From Girardia tigrina (lineage: Eukaryota): a DNA stretch of 61,310 bases. The notes under the pieces are model-generated. The model was not told where the DNA came from, did no database searches, and was given only the letters and a program-made list of their open reading frames with translations. Where the stretch lies: NCBI GenBank assembly GCA_001938485.1, contig MQRK01236597.1:1-61310 (forward strand). The letters are read 5' to 3'. The position numbers and the translations under genes are program-made. Positions 1-14,000 of this stretch are shown here, one piece after another; positions within the stretch are counted from its first letter, which is position 1, and the number at the start of each line of letters is the position of its first letter.

Positions 1-2754
1 GATGATTTTTTTAAAAATCGAAACATGTCCAATAGTTGTATTAAAAAAGCTTTAATCAAATTATATTTTCGAAATACTAAACTTGCGTTCACAAGACTCA
101 ATATATATATATATATATTCTTTTGAACAAAAAATAATTATATATTAAAATTAAAAATATAAAGATTATTTAGTCTTATTTATTTATTTAGGCTTTCATA
201 ATGTTTCAGTGTTTTCTAGCAGCATAAATTATGAAAAATATATAGAAATAAGAAAAAATTTTAAAGTAAAATTTATCAAAATAAATCATTATTAGTTAAT
301 AGTATGAATTTTTAAAGACATAATAAGGACTGACTCAAATATTTATCAAAATTGTTTCATTAAAAGAAGACAATACTGCAAATAAATGTAAAATGTCATT
401 AATCACAAAAAAATGATATAAATATACATATGTATATTGGAGTGGTGTGGGTAGTAATTTTTTTTAATTTTGCTTTGTTATCGGTCTTTATTATATAAGC
501 ATTTTTCTATTTCTGAGCCACAGAGATTGCCCAAGATTAAATAGGCAACCAAATATCATAACATTCGGAAACCCAATAAACAATGCTAAATCAAAATCTG
601 TCAAAACACTATTATGTATGGTAGAACATTTGACTTATAGCAAAGCCAAGAAAATTCATTCATATTCAAACTTCCTTTTTGTTCTCATTTGTCATTTAAA
701 GCATTTGGTCGAGGATATTAAAAATTGATCGAACTTAAGCAGAATTAAGCAAAGAAATATGCCTTGTAAATGAATTAAATAAATTAACTGAAATTTTAAT
801 TGAAATTAAAATTCAAAATCAAATAAAATTTAATCTCTTAATTTGAATAATCTTGAAAATAAATCTCCTCAGTTTGATGAATTTTTTTGACATGTAAAGA
901 TAAATATTTGTATGTATATATTTATATTGGTAATTGTTAGGAAAATAGTTATTGCTTAAATAAATGACTATAAACTGTAAAAAGCTGAAACTCAGAATTT
1001 TTAAAAATAATAAAAAAATCAATTATTTTCTTTTTCGCCATTTTATCAATTTCATCGGCTAACCTTTTTCAACGTTATTTATAACATTAAAATGAAATCC
1101 CAATTCGAATGTGAAACCGAATCCGACGATTTAATGAAAAAAATCAACAGCCAAAAACAAAACGAAATAAAAAAAGTCGTCGTAAAACTGACATCGGATC
1201 CCAAACAGCCAATGACAATGATGAAACCATCTGACGACAATTGGAATGGGGGAAAAGCACCGCGATTTCAAAACACCGAAAAACGAACGATCGGAACGAA
1301 AACGCGAAATTCAAACGATATATAGATTCCGTCGAAAATCGAAAGCGGAAATTGGGATATTTATTCCGAATATCCATTATCTGGGGAATGTAAAACAACC
1401 CTGATTAGGGCCTCAATTTGTGATTGGATACTAAAAAGCTATTGACCGGAAAATCCGGATCAGCATGTATAGTAAATAATTGTAGGAATACTTCAGGAAC
1501 TATTTTAAACTTACAGCTCAAACAATTCCAAATTCGCTGCTGTGCCGAAGATAAATATTCTATTTGTATATTCATCACTGGAGTCCCAATTAACACATTG
1601 TGATCGGGCAGTTTTCGGCCGCGTACTAGTGCTGGTAACGGGTGATTTTTCGCGTAATTTCACGCTAACGTAGACCTCTAGAAAAATTGCGATAACTTCA
1701 AAAATATTTGTTTGATTTCAATAATTCTTTTTGCAAATTATTTATTTTATTATATTTAGAAATGTATTTTTCATCATTAAACTATTACAGAATTTCACAT
1801 AAAGTAGGAAAGTTTTGAAAAAAATCATATTTTTTTTACATAACATCCTTTATTTTACAAATTATATACAAAAATCTATGTACTCGATATTTAGCTTTTA
1901 GCAACGTCCGACCACCAAAGAATAGTGAAATAAACTAAAACAAATTATTATTCTTCGTCTTAGTGTTGCATGTAGACCATTATATGTACCGTTATCTTCG
2001 ACTATTTTTGTGATGAATAACACTACCTCGGTAACCATCTATTGTTCTAAAAAGGTTTTTACCTACATGGCTACAACCCTACAGACGCTATATAGGGAAA
2101 ACTCAAGTATATTGGAACCCGTATTTTAACGTGACGCACACTCCACTAACAATCTATCAAAAACGCATTAATACGTGATCCGATTACAATGTGTTAATAT
2201 TATTTGTAATAAGTGTTGTTTCTTTCATATGTTCAAGAAGGATATATTTTGCAGATTTTGGTCCAGGATTGTTGTCTAGATCCTCTTTTTTCAACATTTC
2301 TACATTTCTTTGATTTTATGCATATTACAACAACAGGTGACCTGCTTCCCTCGTAACTCATGTTGTGTTCATAATAATATGCCTAGATTTTCCCACTCAT
2401 TTTGTGTAGTGTTTACCTATATTTATTTTTTTAGCTTCATTCTCAGAATTGTCCGGAGCATTTGATCAGAGATATTCAGCAATGTCTCATTTTTTTCTTT
2501 CTTTAGTCTTCCGATGCGGCTATGAAGACTGTTGTGTACCGCAACAATAATATAAAAAACAATTTTTATTGTCGGTTTTAAAAACTAATTATCATATGGA
2601 ATGAATGATGACTTAAAAAAAATTATTTCACAAAATATTTTTAATATTAACGAATCAATAATAAAAAATTAAAATATTTCCATAACATTTTTAAAATTTA
2701 TAATTCAAAATTATTTTTAGTATTAATAAATTAATAATAAAAAATTATCATATT

Positions 2755-3620
2755 TTACGACACGAGTAGAATTCCATAATTCGCCGAAAACCCTTCTCCA
2801 AACCCAACGTCCTGCACGTACGAAAACCTTATTGAGAGTTTGTGGGGATAATCAAACTCGACTATCCCTGTTAGTGTTAAATAGGTTCCGAACGTGCTGA
2901 AACAAAGGGCAGAAGAAGGACTCTTCGGACCTTGCCCTTGTATTTCCCAATTGAGTCCGTATGATTGAATCAGCTCCGTATGACCCTTGAATCAGCTAAT
3001 AAAGAAAAGGTAAAATTATAATTAATTAACGAAATTAATTACTTGAAGACCCCCGTAGAAGTCACAATGCAATGATTCATATAGCTTGTCTGAAATGAAA
3101 CGAGATAAATTAGAAAAACACAAAAAAACCCACAGTAGATACCTGTGTAAACAGATGACTCTCCAAAATTTCAGCGACGTCAGGCTTTTCAAATAAACCC
3201 GACGGCAGTAGTATGCGGACTGTCGAAGAATCGTCAGGGATGGCGGCTACATCATGTAAGAGGTTGTGATTACGGCTAATAGTCTAAAGTGAAATAGAAT
3301 GATTACTAACCCAGAATAATTAAATCAACCAGTAACGGCACGATTACAATCTCGTCCGAGCGACATCGCAAATCTAAAAGGATGAGAGATAAACAAACGA
3401 ACCATAATAGTCAAAATAAATCGAAATGATTAGAACCTCACATCCTGTCACTTAATAACAGATAAACAATATAGGTACGCATACATCCACGAGATGCTCG
3501 TAACAGCACCGCTCGAGATAAGAATAATTGCAGGATATCTCTCATCATGACGAATAAACAGCTACCAAGACACGCACACAGACTACCCGAGAACGTCGGG
3601 TTAGGCATGCGGTCAACCAG
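2755..3620 (-). CDS. Probable multi-exon gene or pseudogene with a CUB-like C-terminal domain
   Basis: GC-richer blocks are separated by short GT..AG AT-rich introns. The spliced translation ends ...KLYESLHCDFYGGLQ|LIQ(G)SYGLNW...SALCFST...HKLSIRFSYVQDVGFGEGFSANYGILLVS* (stop at 2755), resembling the CUB motifs LE..C.YD.L.I..G / C / L.V.F.SD....GF.A.Y. Exon phases are partly guessed and the start was not found. Confidence 0.4.
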
Positions 3621-4022
3621 GTATATATATACCTAGCACATAAACGCACATTTTTACACACACAAATTTTCAATCACCCAATTTAATTGCGCCAGTGTTA
3701 CAAAACTGTAGTTGCATATTTATATTTTACGTCATATATTATTTGCAAAACTTCCATTAGTTCTAATATATTCAAATATTCAAAAATATTCAAATGTGAA
3801 AAATGATGAGCGAAGGACAAATACGAATAGAAAATAAACAGTGGCAGAATTAGGAGAACGAAATGAAGAAAAGATATAAGAGAAGTTGTGATAAGAAGAG
3901 ATTACTTCATGAATAATAGGAAATTCGGACATGAGCAGAGAAACAGGGAGAAGTGATCATGGTGCTACAATAGGAAGTAAATATAGGTGTATGATTAGTT
4001 GTATGTATAAATATGTATGTGA

Positions 4023-4810
4023 TTGTATGTTCAATTCAAAACAATTATGCATGTACAATTCATAACAATTAGAGATCATATGAATAGACGAATGAAAGAT
4101 GAAGCTCACAAAGACTGGATGGAAATTTTTCCAGAGGTAGAATTTATGTTAAATAGCACAATTCAAGCTACCATATGTGTCTCACCAGCGGAAATAATAC
4201 TTGGTAGGAAATTAAGACATTGTTTGAAAAACACCAATGAAGAAAATGACAGGAAAGAAAAAAACAAAAATATAGTAGACACAAATCGAAATTTTCAAGT
4301 TAGGAATAAAGTGATGACTAAAATCTAAATTTGACTAATCTAATGATTAAATTTAAATCGATGGGTATGTGAGGAATTTTTGAATTGTGTTTATTGTATG
4401 TTGTTTTAGGATTGTATTTCTCCAACCAAGATGGAAGATTGATATTTTAAACATTTTAATACATCTTATTATGAAATCAATTTAAAAAGGAAAATGACAA
4501 CTTTAAAATTAAATTAATATATCATAAATTATATATTTAAAATATTTTTTTAAATAATTAAAAATATTTTGTAATTTAAATTATAAATTATTTTGAAATC
4601 AAATTGTAAATAAATTTTAATTTAAATTTGTTTAAATAATAAAACCTTTAGAAATAGAATTAAATTTATCAATCAAGAGCGATGACTAGTTAAAAAGTTT
4701 TTGTGGAGAATTGTCCTAGTGGCAATTCAAGTTGTGATATCAATAAATGTATTGAAAATCCAATTAGTGTTTTTAATATGTATTCAAAATATTTTTATAT
4801 TAAATTCTCA
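4023..4810 (+). mobile_element. Gypsy integrase C-terminal remnant followed by a TGTGAGG-type 3' LTR
   Basis: ORF 4023-4328 contains DWMEIFPEVEFMLNSTIQATICVSPAEIILGRKL (integrase W...L..V.F.LN.....T..SP.E..GR motif). TGTGAGGAAT starts at 4368 and is followed by the ca(a)gatgga motif shared by the window's LTR-like repeats. The right boundary is approximate. Confidence 0.65.
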
Positions 4811-5482
4811 TGAACAATTTTGTTTTAATATTTAATTGTGTTAGAAATTTTGTATTTGCGATTTCAAAAAAATTTCTGAATCATTATTTTTAATGGAAGT
4901 CTTACAATTCTGAAAAAGTTTTTTCTATAAAAAACATATGAAAGGATTGTTATATTACAATCTTAAGTCATTGTAATAATTAAGTATACTACAATGACTA
5001 ATTTTGATTTAAACGTTTACTAATAGATTCCCTTAAAGAATTTCTCTTTAGGATTTATAGTATAAATATTAAAGCTTGTTTCAATTTAAATTGCAATATG
5101 TTCTTATTTCAGTAAATTAATTTTTTAATATAAGATTAACTGTAAACTTTCATTAAAATTCTAATAAAATAAATGTCGAATGTTTGTTGTGATCAGTGTT
5201 ATCCTGTCTTTTTTCTGGTATTCAAGTTCTTTATTTATTTTCAGTTACATAGAAGTTTGGTTTTGGTTCAATACATTTATGTAACATCAAATTAAACCAA
5301 AGTCGAATATGCAAATCACTCGATTTATAGTTTGTATAATTAATATATTAAAAAGAAATTATATTTTTCGACTAAAAAAATCAACTTTATAAAACACTTT
5401 GTATAAGTCATTTACAACATTTAATAATTGGCTTTTCTCATTTATATACTTCTTTTTTAATTTTATCATCGCATGAATCTAA

Positions 5483-5487
<5 letters not shown>

Positions 5488-5528
<41 letters not shown>
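5488..5528. repeat. (AT)n microsatellite; others at ~6431-6470, 18907-18940, 26078-26106, 36262-36302, 49866-49901
   Basis: Directly visible dinucleotide runs. Confidence 0.95.
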
Positions 5529-5533
<5 letters not shown>

Positions 5534-6093
5534 GAGTTATCGATTTATTACTGATCATATTCTGGATTTTATATGTTTTAGTTACGATTTTTAAATTCAA
5601 ATTTATGATAATAATTGATTTAAGAATAGAATATTTGTATTTTTAAAACCTTCAGAACAAGGAACAGTTGATGTGTAGCCACAATTAAGTGTTTCATTAG
5701 TATTTTGGTTTTCAACCCATATTTGGTTTCAAATCAGCATTTTCATCAATTGTTTTATTTACACAATTTATAAATAATTTATCAATTTTTTCTCTAGTTA
5801 ATTTCTCAAGAAAGATGTTAAATAGCTATTCATGTGTAAAAGGTCAAGTTTTTTTAAAGCTTGAAAAGACCTTGGAATAAGTTCAAGACAAAAACAAAGA
5901 ACGAAACACCAAGCCTTTAATCATGTTACTAAGATATTTGAGTTCACAAAACGTTTTGGAGTTGCATACAACCCCGTATCAGTTTACTTTCTACAGATCT
6001 CTGTTTCATTACGATAATCCTTTCTTTCAATTAAAAAATCCAGAAAAGTTAATAAACTATTCTTTTCACTATGGACAGTGAACGACATATATA

Positions 6094-6429
6094 CAGGGTT
6101 TTTTTAAAGCCATTTTAGGCGTACAATGTACATCCAACTTTTGTAGATATAAACCCAAAAATGACTATTTTTAGGTAAAGCATGGGTTCATTAAAAAATA
6201 CACACACTGCTATTCCATCCACTCTCTCTCCCTCTCGCACATAGACGATATTACACAAGGTCATTTATAATTGTATACTTATTTAATAATTATCAGACAT
6301 TCTTTTGTTCTTAACTCTTTAAATCCAGTGTGCATGTGTGATGTAACAATTTTTGAGTAAAATAAATGTTATACTGTTCACCCACATTTTCTTAGGTTAC
6401 ACCAAACTAGAAACCTTAAAAATACCCTG
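6094..6429. mobile_element. Probable Tc1/mariner-type MITE
   Basis: TA|CAGGGTTTTTTTAAAG at the left end and CCTTAAAAATACCCTG at the right end form imperfect TIRs. No ORF. Confidence 0.45.
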
Positions 6430-6471
<42 letters not shown>

Positions 6472-8028
6472 TGTGAGGATTTTCTCTGAGTTTAAAATTT
6501 TGAAATTTAAAGAATAACATACCATTAAAATAATTTTAGAATAATTTAAAATCGTAACAAAGTTGAAATTTAATTTAACACGAGATAATAAAGTTAACAA
6601 AATAAAACTACCAGAATAGATATTTGAATAACTAAGACAAATTAAGTAATAAATTTAATTTTAAATAAAAAGTAATTAAGACATGCTTTAATTTGAAAAA
6701 CATCAAAATTTTGTAGAGCTAAGGAAAACATGATTAAATATACGATTTAAAAAGTAAAAACATTTTGTAGACTTAATAGTTGAAAAAAATCATAATCAGA
6801 ATGCTGGCCTATGATTCTATGACTATCAATCCATTATCTTCGGCTGTCTGGAAATGGTTGGTAAATGTGAAAGTTAATTGATAATGAACTCTTCGATCAA
6901 AATCAGGATGATCATCTTCAATTTTTTACTAATTTAATATTGAGAAATTAGTGGGTAATATTTTTGAAGAACCATGGTATAAAAATCAGTCTTGAAATCT
7001 CTTTAATAATCAAAACGAAAATTTATGTAATTCCATGCGAAAAATTGAAAAAATACTAAAAAATTACCACAGAATGAAAGATATCTGGTTTATTGCAGGA
7101 TAAGATCATTGGATCGTGAAAAATTAATTTTAAAAATAGCAAATAAAATTTGTTAAAATGCTTTTTTACAAGCTTTTATTACGTTTCATTTGTTTGTCTG
7201 TCTGGATGCATCAAATTTTGCGATCGAAAATTCACCCACTTCCCGTTCACCTAGCGACATGAAACTTTCAGGACTGATGTATTCTAGGTGACAATACACT
7301 TTTTCACTGTCACTACTCATCTACCGCCTTTAGTTTGACCGCAAAAAGTAATTAAAGTGTCGTTCTCATGTTTTCCTCAGTAGTAGGCTTTGAAATTTGC
7401 TACATCTAAATGAAAATAGAAAGCGGGTTTTCGCCTAGTGGGTGAAATAGATATAGAACCGCAAACATATGACAAATTATAAAAGCTTATACACCAAAAA
7501 TTTTTTTGGTATGATTATACTTATTATCCTTTTAAAAAATATTTTATACCTATTTTTGCAATCAATATTATGAAGATGTAAAATTTAAAAATTGGTCAAT
7601 AACGAAAAACGTTTAGTTCAAACACAATTATTTTGTTCATTTTTCGTTAACAAATTTTTACAAGTAAATACATTTCGTTAAATTGATTATTGTAACTTGT
7701 CAGAAAAAAAACCAACCAACTATTTACAAAAAATATCAAACATTTGTCATTTAATTTTTACAATTTCTTAAAAAATACATTTATAATATATTTCAAAAAT
7801 CTGATTTCAATATTTCCTCTTGTAAAATTTCTATTTTCTAAAATTTTTGTTATCAAAAAACAAATTACAAAATGTAAAGAAAAATAATCGAAAGATTCAA
7901 ATTTTAACCGAGACCGAAAATATCAAAAAGTTTCAGTAAAATTACAAAATATATCAAATTTAATATATTTAATTATAAATTTCAAAGTAATTTTGTTTTA
8001 ATAATACGTAACATCGAGGCAATTTGAA

Positions 8029-11000
8029 ATGTCAGTATAGTGAGTATTCTCTATTTCATGAGTGAAAAGTATTTTATTGAATTTTTCTTTTTAAAGCTTT
8101 GAATTAAAAGGACAATTTGAATCGTTTTGCGGTTCGGGAAAACAACTTGTCGTTCGTGATTTTTTTATTTTCTATTTTGAATGAATATTTATAATTGTAT
8201 TTTTATCAATATCGTTTGAACGAAATCATTAGGTGACAAATGACGGCTTTATTATCGCCGATGATGGAGAGAATGTCAACTATCTCAGGCGAGATTGTCT
8301 CACGAAACAAGCCGCATTTAATAAGGTTGAATTTGTGAAAGAATTGATAGAGAAGATAGAAATCGATATTTATATCAATGAATTTTTTAATTGTGCTTTT
8401 GCATAGGACAATGAAGAAGTGACTTGTTTCGTGGCCAATGTCTCCGATCACGTGAGATCTGTTTTTTGATCGGTCGTTCTCTCAGTCTCTCCGAGAATCA
8501 TTTTTTAAATATCTTCTTTTACGACTTGAATTCATTTCCCGCCCTCCACATTGCGACTAATATCAATATTAACGGGTATACTTCCGTACGGACCCCAGCA
8601 AATATAAATATATGACAATATATAAAAAATTATCGGCATTCCAGGAGAAATATTCTTAAAAAAATATATAAAATGTTTTTTAAGTGACAAAATCTCAATG
8701 GGAAACAAATGTATTGATTGCGTAACCACTGACTTCACTGACTTAATTTAGAAATTATTTGATTTATTTTGGAAAATATTTGCACTCCGATTTCAGAATG
8801 AAATGAATGTTTAATAATTTGTTTAATATTTTTTTAGGTATGCTTACTATACTTTATATAATTTTTTATATTTAAAATTGAATATTTTTGTGGATTTTCT
8901 GTTTTTAAAATTATTTTCAGCTAATTATTTTATGCAAAAATAAGAATAAATAAAAATAGGCTTAAAAATGAGTCAAAAAACAAGTTTAATTAAAATAAGA
9001 ATAATTTATTTAATATTTTTAAAAAATTAATTAAAAAATAACAGAGTTTAATTATTTTCCCTGGAACGTTTATAATTTTTTATATGTTGTCATACTTTTA
9101 TTTTTGCTTGGGCTCCTACGGTAATGTACCCGTACTAATATACATATGCTATGCCAAATTCATGAATTAGGCATTTTTTAAAATATTTTTTAATTCAATT
9201 CTAAGATTAATATTAAAAATTCTGTATTTACTATGAAATATGTCGATTTAATATTAAAACAATATCAATTTAATATGAAAAAAATGTTTTTAAAATACGT
9301 AAGTTTGAAATTCAGATTGCCATACAGAAAGAAGTAATAACTGAATATTACATTTAGATTTTTTTCATATATTAAATTGTATAAAAATAAAATAAAATGA
9401 ATTACTGTACATTGTAGTTAATTAATATTTACAAAGTACAAAATAAATTTACTAAATAAAAAACGAAAAAATGTACAACATCAATTCTATAAATAATCTT
9501 TTATCAATTCTAAAAAAATAATCTCTAGGAAAATAGTAAACCTTTTATCTAAGAAAGAAACATAATTGAAGAATATACTAAAACGTCTTCTTAAGAATAA
9601 GATTATTTACGATATGTTTAATATAGATTTACGATTTACAGATATATTTACTTTAAAAGGTAACGAAAAAATTAATTATTATTATTTATCAAAGTATTAT
9701 TGGGTAATAATGGCAAAAAGAATATTTTAATTAAAAATTTTAAGTATTGAAATAACCTTACTTTGCCCATTCTGAATGTTAATTGATGGGTTGTAGTGTC
9801 TTATTAGTAGAGATTCACCAAACTGTCGTTCGTAATGTGAATCAAAACCCTTTTGTAGAACAGAAAACTCATCTTTTGAAATGGATGAGGTTCTATCCTT
9901 ACAACATAACCAATGACCAAGAACCTTACTTGATCGGCTCATTTGCGACTGCTCGCTAATTCGGGTTTTGAGATGACGATTTGTCTCTCCGATGTACGAG
10001 TTTTGACACCCGTGACAATTAAATTTATATACCAGATTAGCTTGCAAATCACAAACTGTTTTCGATTTGTTTGAGAGGAAACTTTGAACTTTGGATGTGA
10101 CAGAGACTACTTTAGTACTACTTATTGTTCTACAAATACTTTTCTTAAATGATCTAAATCCTTCATAAGGTTATTTCAATACTTAAAATTTTTAATTAAA
10201 ATATTCTTTCCGCACAATATAAGACATCCCCCAGTCTTTACTAATCCTCCCAGCAAAATTTTATGAAGTTGTTTTAGTTTTTCGATCAAAATAAACTGTT
10301 GAATTCGAATAATATCGGCGACACTACAATTATTAAAACAAATGTATTAATAATATTATAGATTTATATTTAATTTTATTATACAATGACGTTTACTTAA
10401 TTAATTTGCACTAAAAACTGTCATCTTTAACTCTAAACCAAAATTTCTAATTTTATTTTTAATTATGATATTCTATTTCTAATAAATTGTATCCTAGAAA
10501 AAAAACTAAATTAAAATTTAAAAAATAAAAACTATATATAATTATATATTATAGTTAATCATTTGTTTTAATAATAGTAATTAAAATGTGAGAATTTTAT
10601 TTTTAATATAAATCTTTTATCGGTGATATTTCAGCAATGATGAGAGATAAAAATATCCCACAAGAAGAATAAATGGATAAAAGGTAATGAATCTATTTTT
10701 CATAAAATTTTGCTGGGGGGGGATTACTAAAGACTAGGGGATGTCTTATATTATGCGAAACACGGTATATATATATATCTCTCTCTAAATAGCATCATCA
10801 ATGTAAGGGACTTAAGAAATAATTTTATTATCAATGAGTCAATACTTTTTTTACTATCTTTTCTTCTTAACAAATACGAATGATAAAATAATCTCTTTTT
10901 ACATAAGTAAAAAAACCATTACGTAAAATGAAAATTGTTTCTTGGCGAGACTGGTAGACAAAAATAATTACCGTCAGAATAAATACTTTACAGTTTATTA

Positions 11001-14000
11001 ATAATTAGACAGTAATTCTGGCCAATAAGAATCTCTTATTAACACAAATCGATCGTTCGAAGCCCGATAGAATCATGAAGCAATGGCCGGTATGAGTGTT
11101 GAGTTAAATGTTGATTGAACGAATCTGTTTCTATAGTCGGGTCACACAGCACCCATTCTCACGATGAGTCTCAACGAATCCTCGACTCGATTGTGTACAG
11201 GCGGTGCCGATAGGAAACTCAAGATTTGGCATATTGGATCTGGCTCGAATAAGGTCTTTGAGTGCTTTTCTCACATATCCAGGATTAAGTAATGGTTTGT
11301 GTCATTATCGTCCATTACTTTTCATTCAGTATCGTTAAACATCAACCGGGAGCCAATGTTGTCGTATCAGTGGCGTTGATGGAACATGATATAATTGCCT
11401 GGGACACAGAGACAGGCAAGCAACTTGGAAAGTTTACTGGGCATCAGGCTACTGTTACGGCAATCGACTTTTATACCCCATCTAATCAGATGATTACGTA
11501 CGTACTGTCATTATTTATTAATGCTTTCTGTCCACTTTATGGAATTTATATTTATTTTATTTATCGATTCGACATTGGTTTTGTTCTCAACCTGGGGCTA
11601 ATTTTGAGACATGCTACTCGATACATTGAATATTCTAAAGTCATTTATTCAACGAAGTCCTTTTTGGACTACACATTTTTTAAGGTTTTCTTTCGACATC
11701 CCAGACAGTTGGTGCGAGAGGCTTCTTTCCCTAATAAAGTTGCTGGAGTAAGATCCCGGGAGGACAGCAGGTGGAGATTCAATTCGAAGTACAATTCAAA
11801 CACTGATCCTCGTTCCATCAATGTTGGCATATGAATTATCTTGATCAAAATTCAATCGCCACCTATTTTTTCACACATGCAGACAAACTATAGAAACCCA
11901 AAACACATTTTTCGCGTTCCGCAAATGTCAAATAACTTTACAACTACGATTTTTAACACTGAAAAAGTTTTATTGAAATTTCATTTTAAAAAAATTTGAC
12001 ACAGTTAAAATTATAATCACGTAAAAAGAAAGTAACATCGTTTCATAATGTATTGGGTTGGCCAAAAAGTCATTGCGTTTTTGAGTACGTCCTAATAAAA
12101 AGCTTGAAAATATAAAACGATGTGATACAATTTAAATTCAATTATATATTCTGAAACCTCAATTTTCAGACTGTTTATACAAAATATTAATTGATTTTGT
12201 TTAAATTTATTACTTTACCGTCAATTCGAAATGGAAAATCAAAATGAGCATATTCGTCATGTTTTGTTGTATTATATTCGCAAAGGGAAAACCGCTGTGC
12301 AAGCTCATAAGAAGATATGTTTTCTATATGGTAGTGACTCCTTAAAACTTCGACAGTGTCAATACTGATTTTCTAAATTTCGTTCTGAAAAATTTCATCT
12401 GAAAGATGCACCACGCTCCGGTCGACCAGTTGAAGTTGATGGCGACAAAATAACAGCACTGATCAAATCTAATCCATACATGACGACAAGAGAAGTTGCA
12501 GAGACTCTGGAAATATCAAAATCAAGTATTGGAAGTCATTGAAAGAAACTTGGATTCGTCAGTAAACTCGATATGTGGTTACCACATGAACTGAAAGAAA
12601 TTCATTTGGTGAAACATATAGACAATTGCGATTCCATTTTGAAGCGAGAACAAAGTGATCCATTTTTGAAGCGCTTAATTACGGGTGACGAAAAATGGAT
12701 TGTTTACAACAATGTGGAACGCCGACGATCATGGACAAAACGTGGTGAGTCTGCCAAAACGATCCCAAAAGCAGAAATTCACCAAAAGAAGGTTATGCTT
12801 TCCGTCTGGTGGGATTTTAAAGGAATTGTGTTTTTTGAACTCCTTCCGAGGAATGAAACCATCAATTCAGACAGATATTGTGGTCGGCTGGAGAAATTGG
12901 CTCATTTAATTCAATAGGAACGTCCTGAATTGGCAAATCGAAAAGGAGTTGTAATTCAGCATGATAACGCAAGACCGCATACAAGTTTGACCACTCGCCA
13001 GAAACTCATATCACTGGGTTGGGAGGTTTTGCCGCACCCACCGTNNNNNNNNNNNNNNNNNNNNNNNNNNNNNNNNNNNNNNNNNNNNNNNNNNNNNNNN
13101 NNNNNNNNNNNNNNNNNNNNNNNNNNNNNNNNNNNNNNNNNNNNNNNNNNNNNNNNNNNNNNNNNNNNNNNNNNNNNNNNNNNNNNNNNNNNNNNNNNNN
13201 NNNNNNNNNNNNNNNNNNNNNNNNGAAGAAAGTGATTGAAAATAATGGACAGTATATCGTGTAAAAATATTTGTGCATCCATGTCATTTTTGATAATAAA
13301 TATTTTAGTAAAAAACGCAATGACTTTTTGGGCAACCCAATATTAATAGAAAAAAATGTCCACCAAAACAAATTGTTACCTTGACTGCATAATTAAATGA
13401 CAACATTTTGACAGTTTGGAGCTTGACTGCTTTGAAGGTGGATCCAAAATTGCCTTATAGCGATTAAACGAGCGTTCTACATCTACAGTGAGAACTGGGT
13501 ATTGCAAAAATTCAAATACCTGCTGATACAACAGAGGTGCGCAATCTGCGACTGAATTTCAGAACGCATAAATTGGAATAGAAAAGGAAGTCTCTCAAAG
13601 CACGTTGATGATACTTTTCTAGCTCAGCGACTTCATTGTGATTTAAACCAAGAACGTTGGCACACTCATTGATGGATGTGTCTTCCATTGCACCAACAAC
13701 AGTAAAATGGAATAACTTCAGAGCTCTCACAATTTGAAACCAGATCGTTTCCAACTTTCTGATGTGTAGAGCGGCAGTGTGAGAATTGACCGGTTTGCAG
13801 CACTTTTAATTGCAGAGGCAGCAGTTTCATTGTTTAAGGGAAGCAAGTAAGTCAAACAACTGACACATACAATTAACTGAAGCATGAACTTCTGCATCAA
13901 ATCTGTAATACATGAGCAGTTACGGGCAATGAAATCAATTTCTGCCTACAGGGTGCCTTCATTTGTAGACAGCAACAAATGAAGTTGCTGAAGAGCAGCA

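Noticed and set aside
1092-1680. Coding-like stretch with overlapping ORFs on both strands and a faint cadherin-like look (VKLREKSP, IHADPDFPVN)
   Set aside because: The motifs fall in different frames and I could not build a consistent gene model. It may be a pseudogene fragment.
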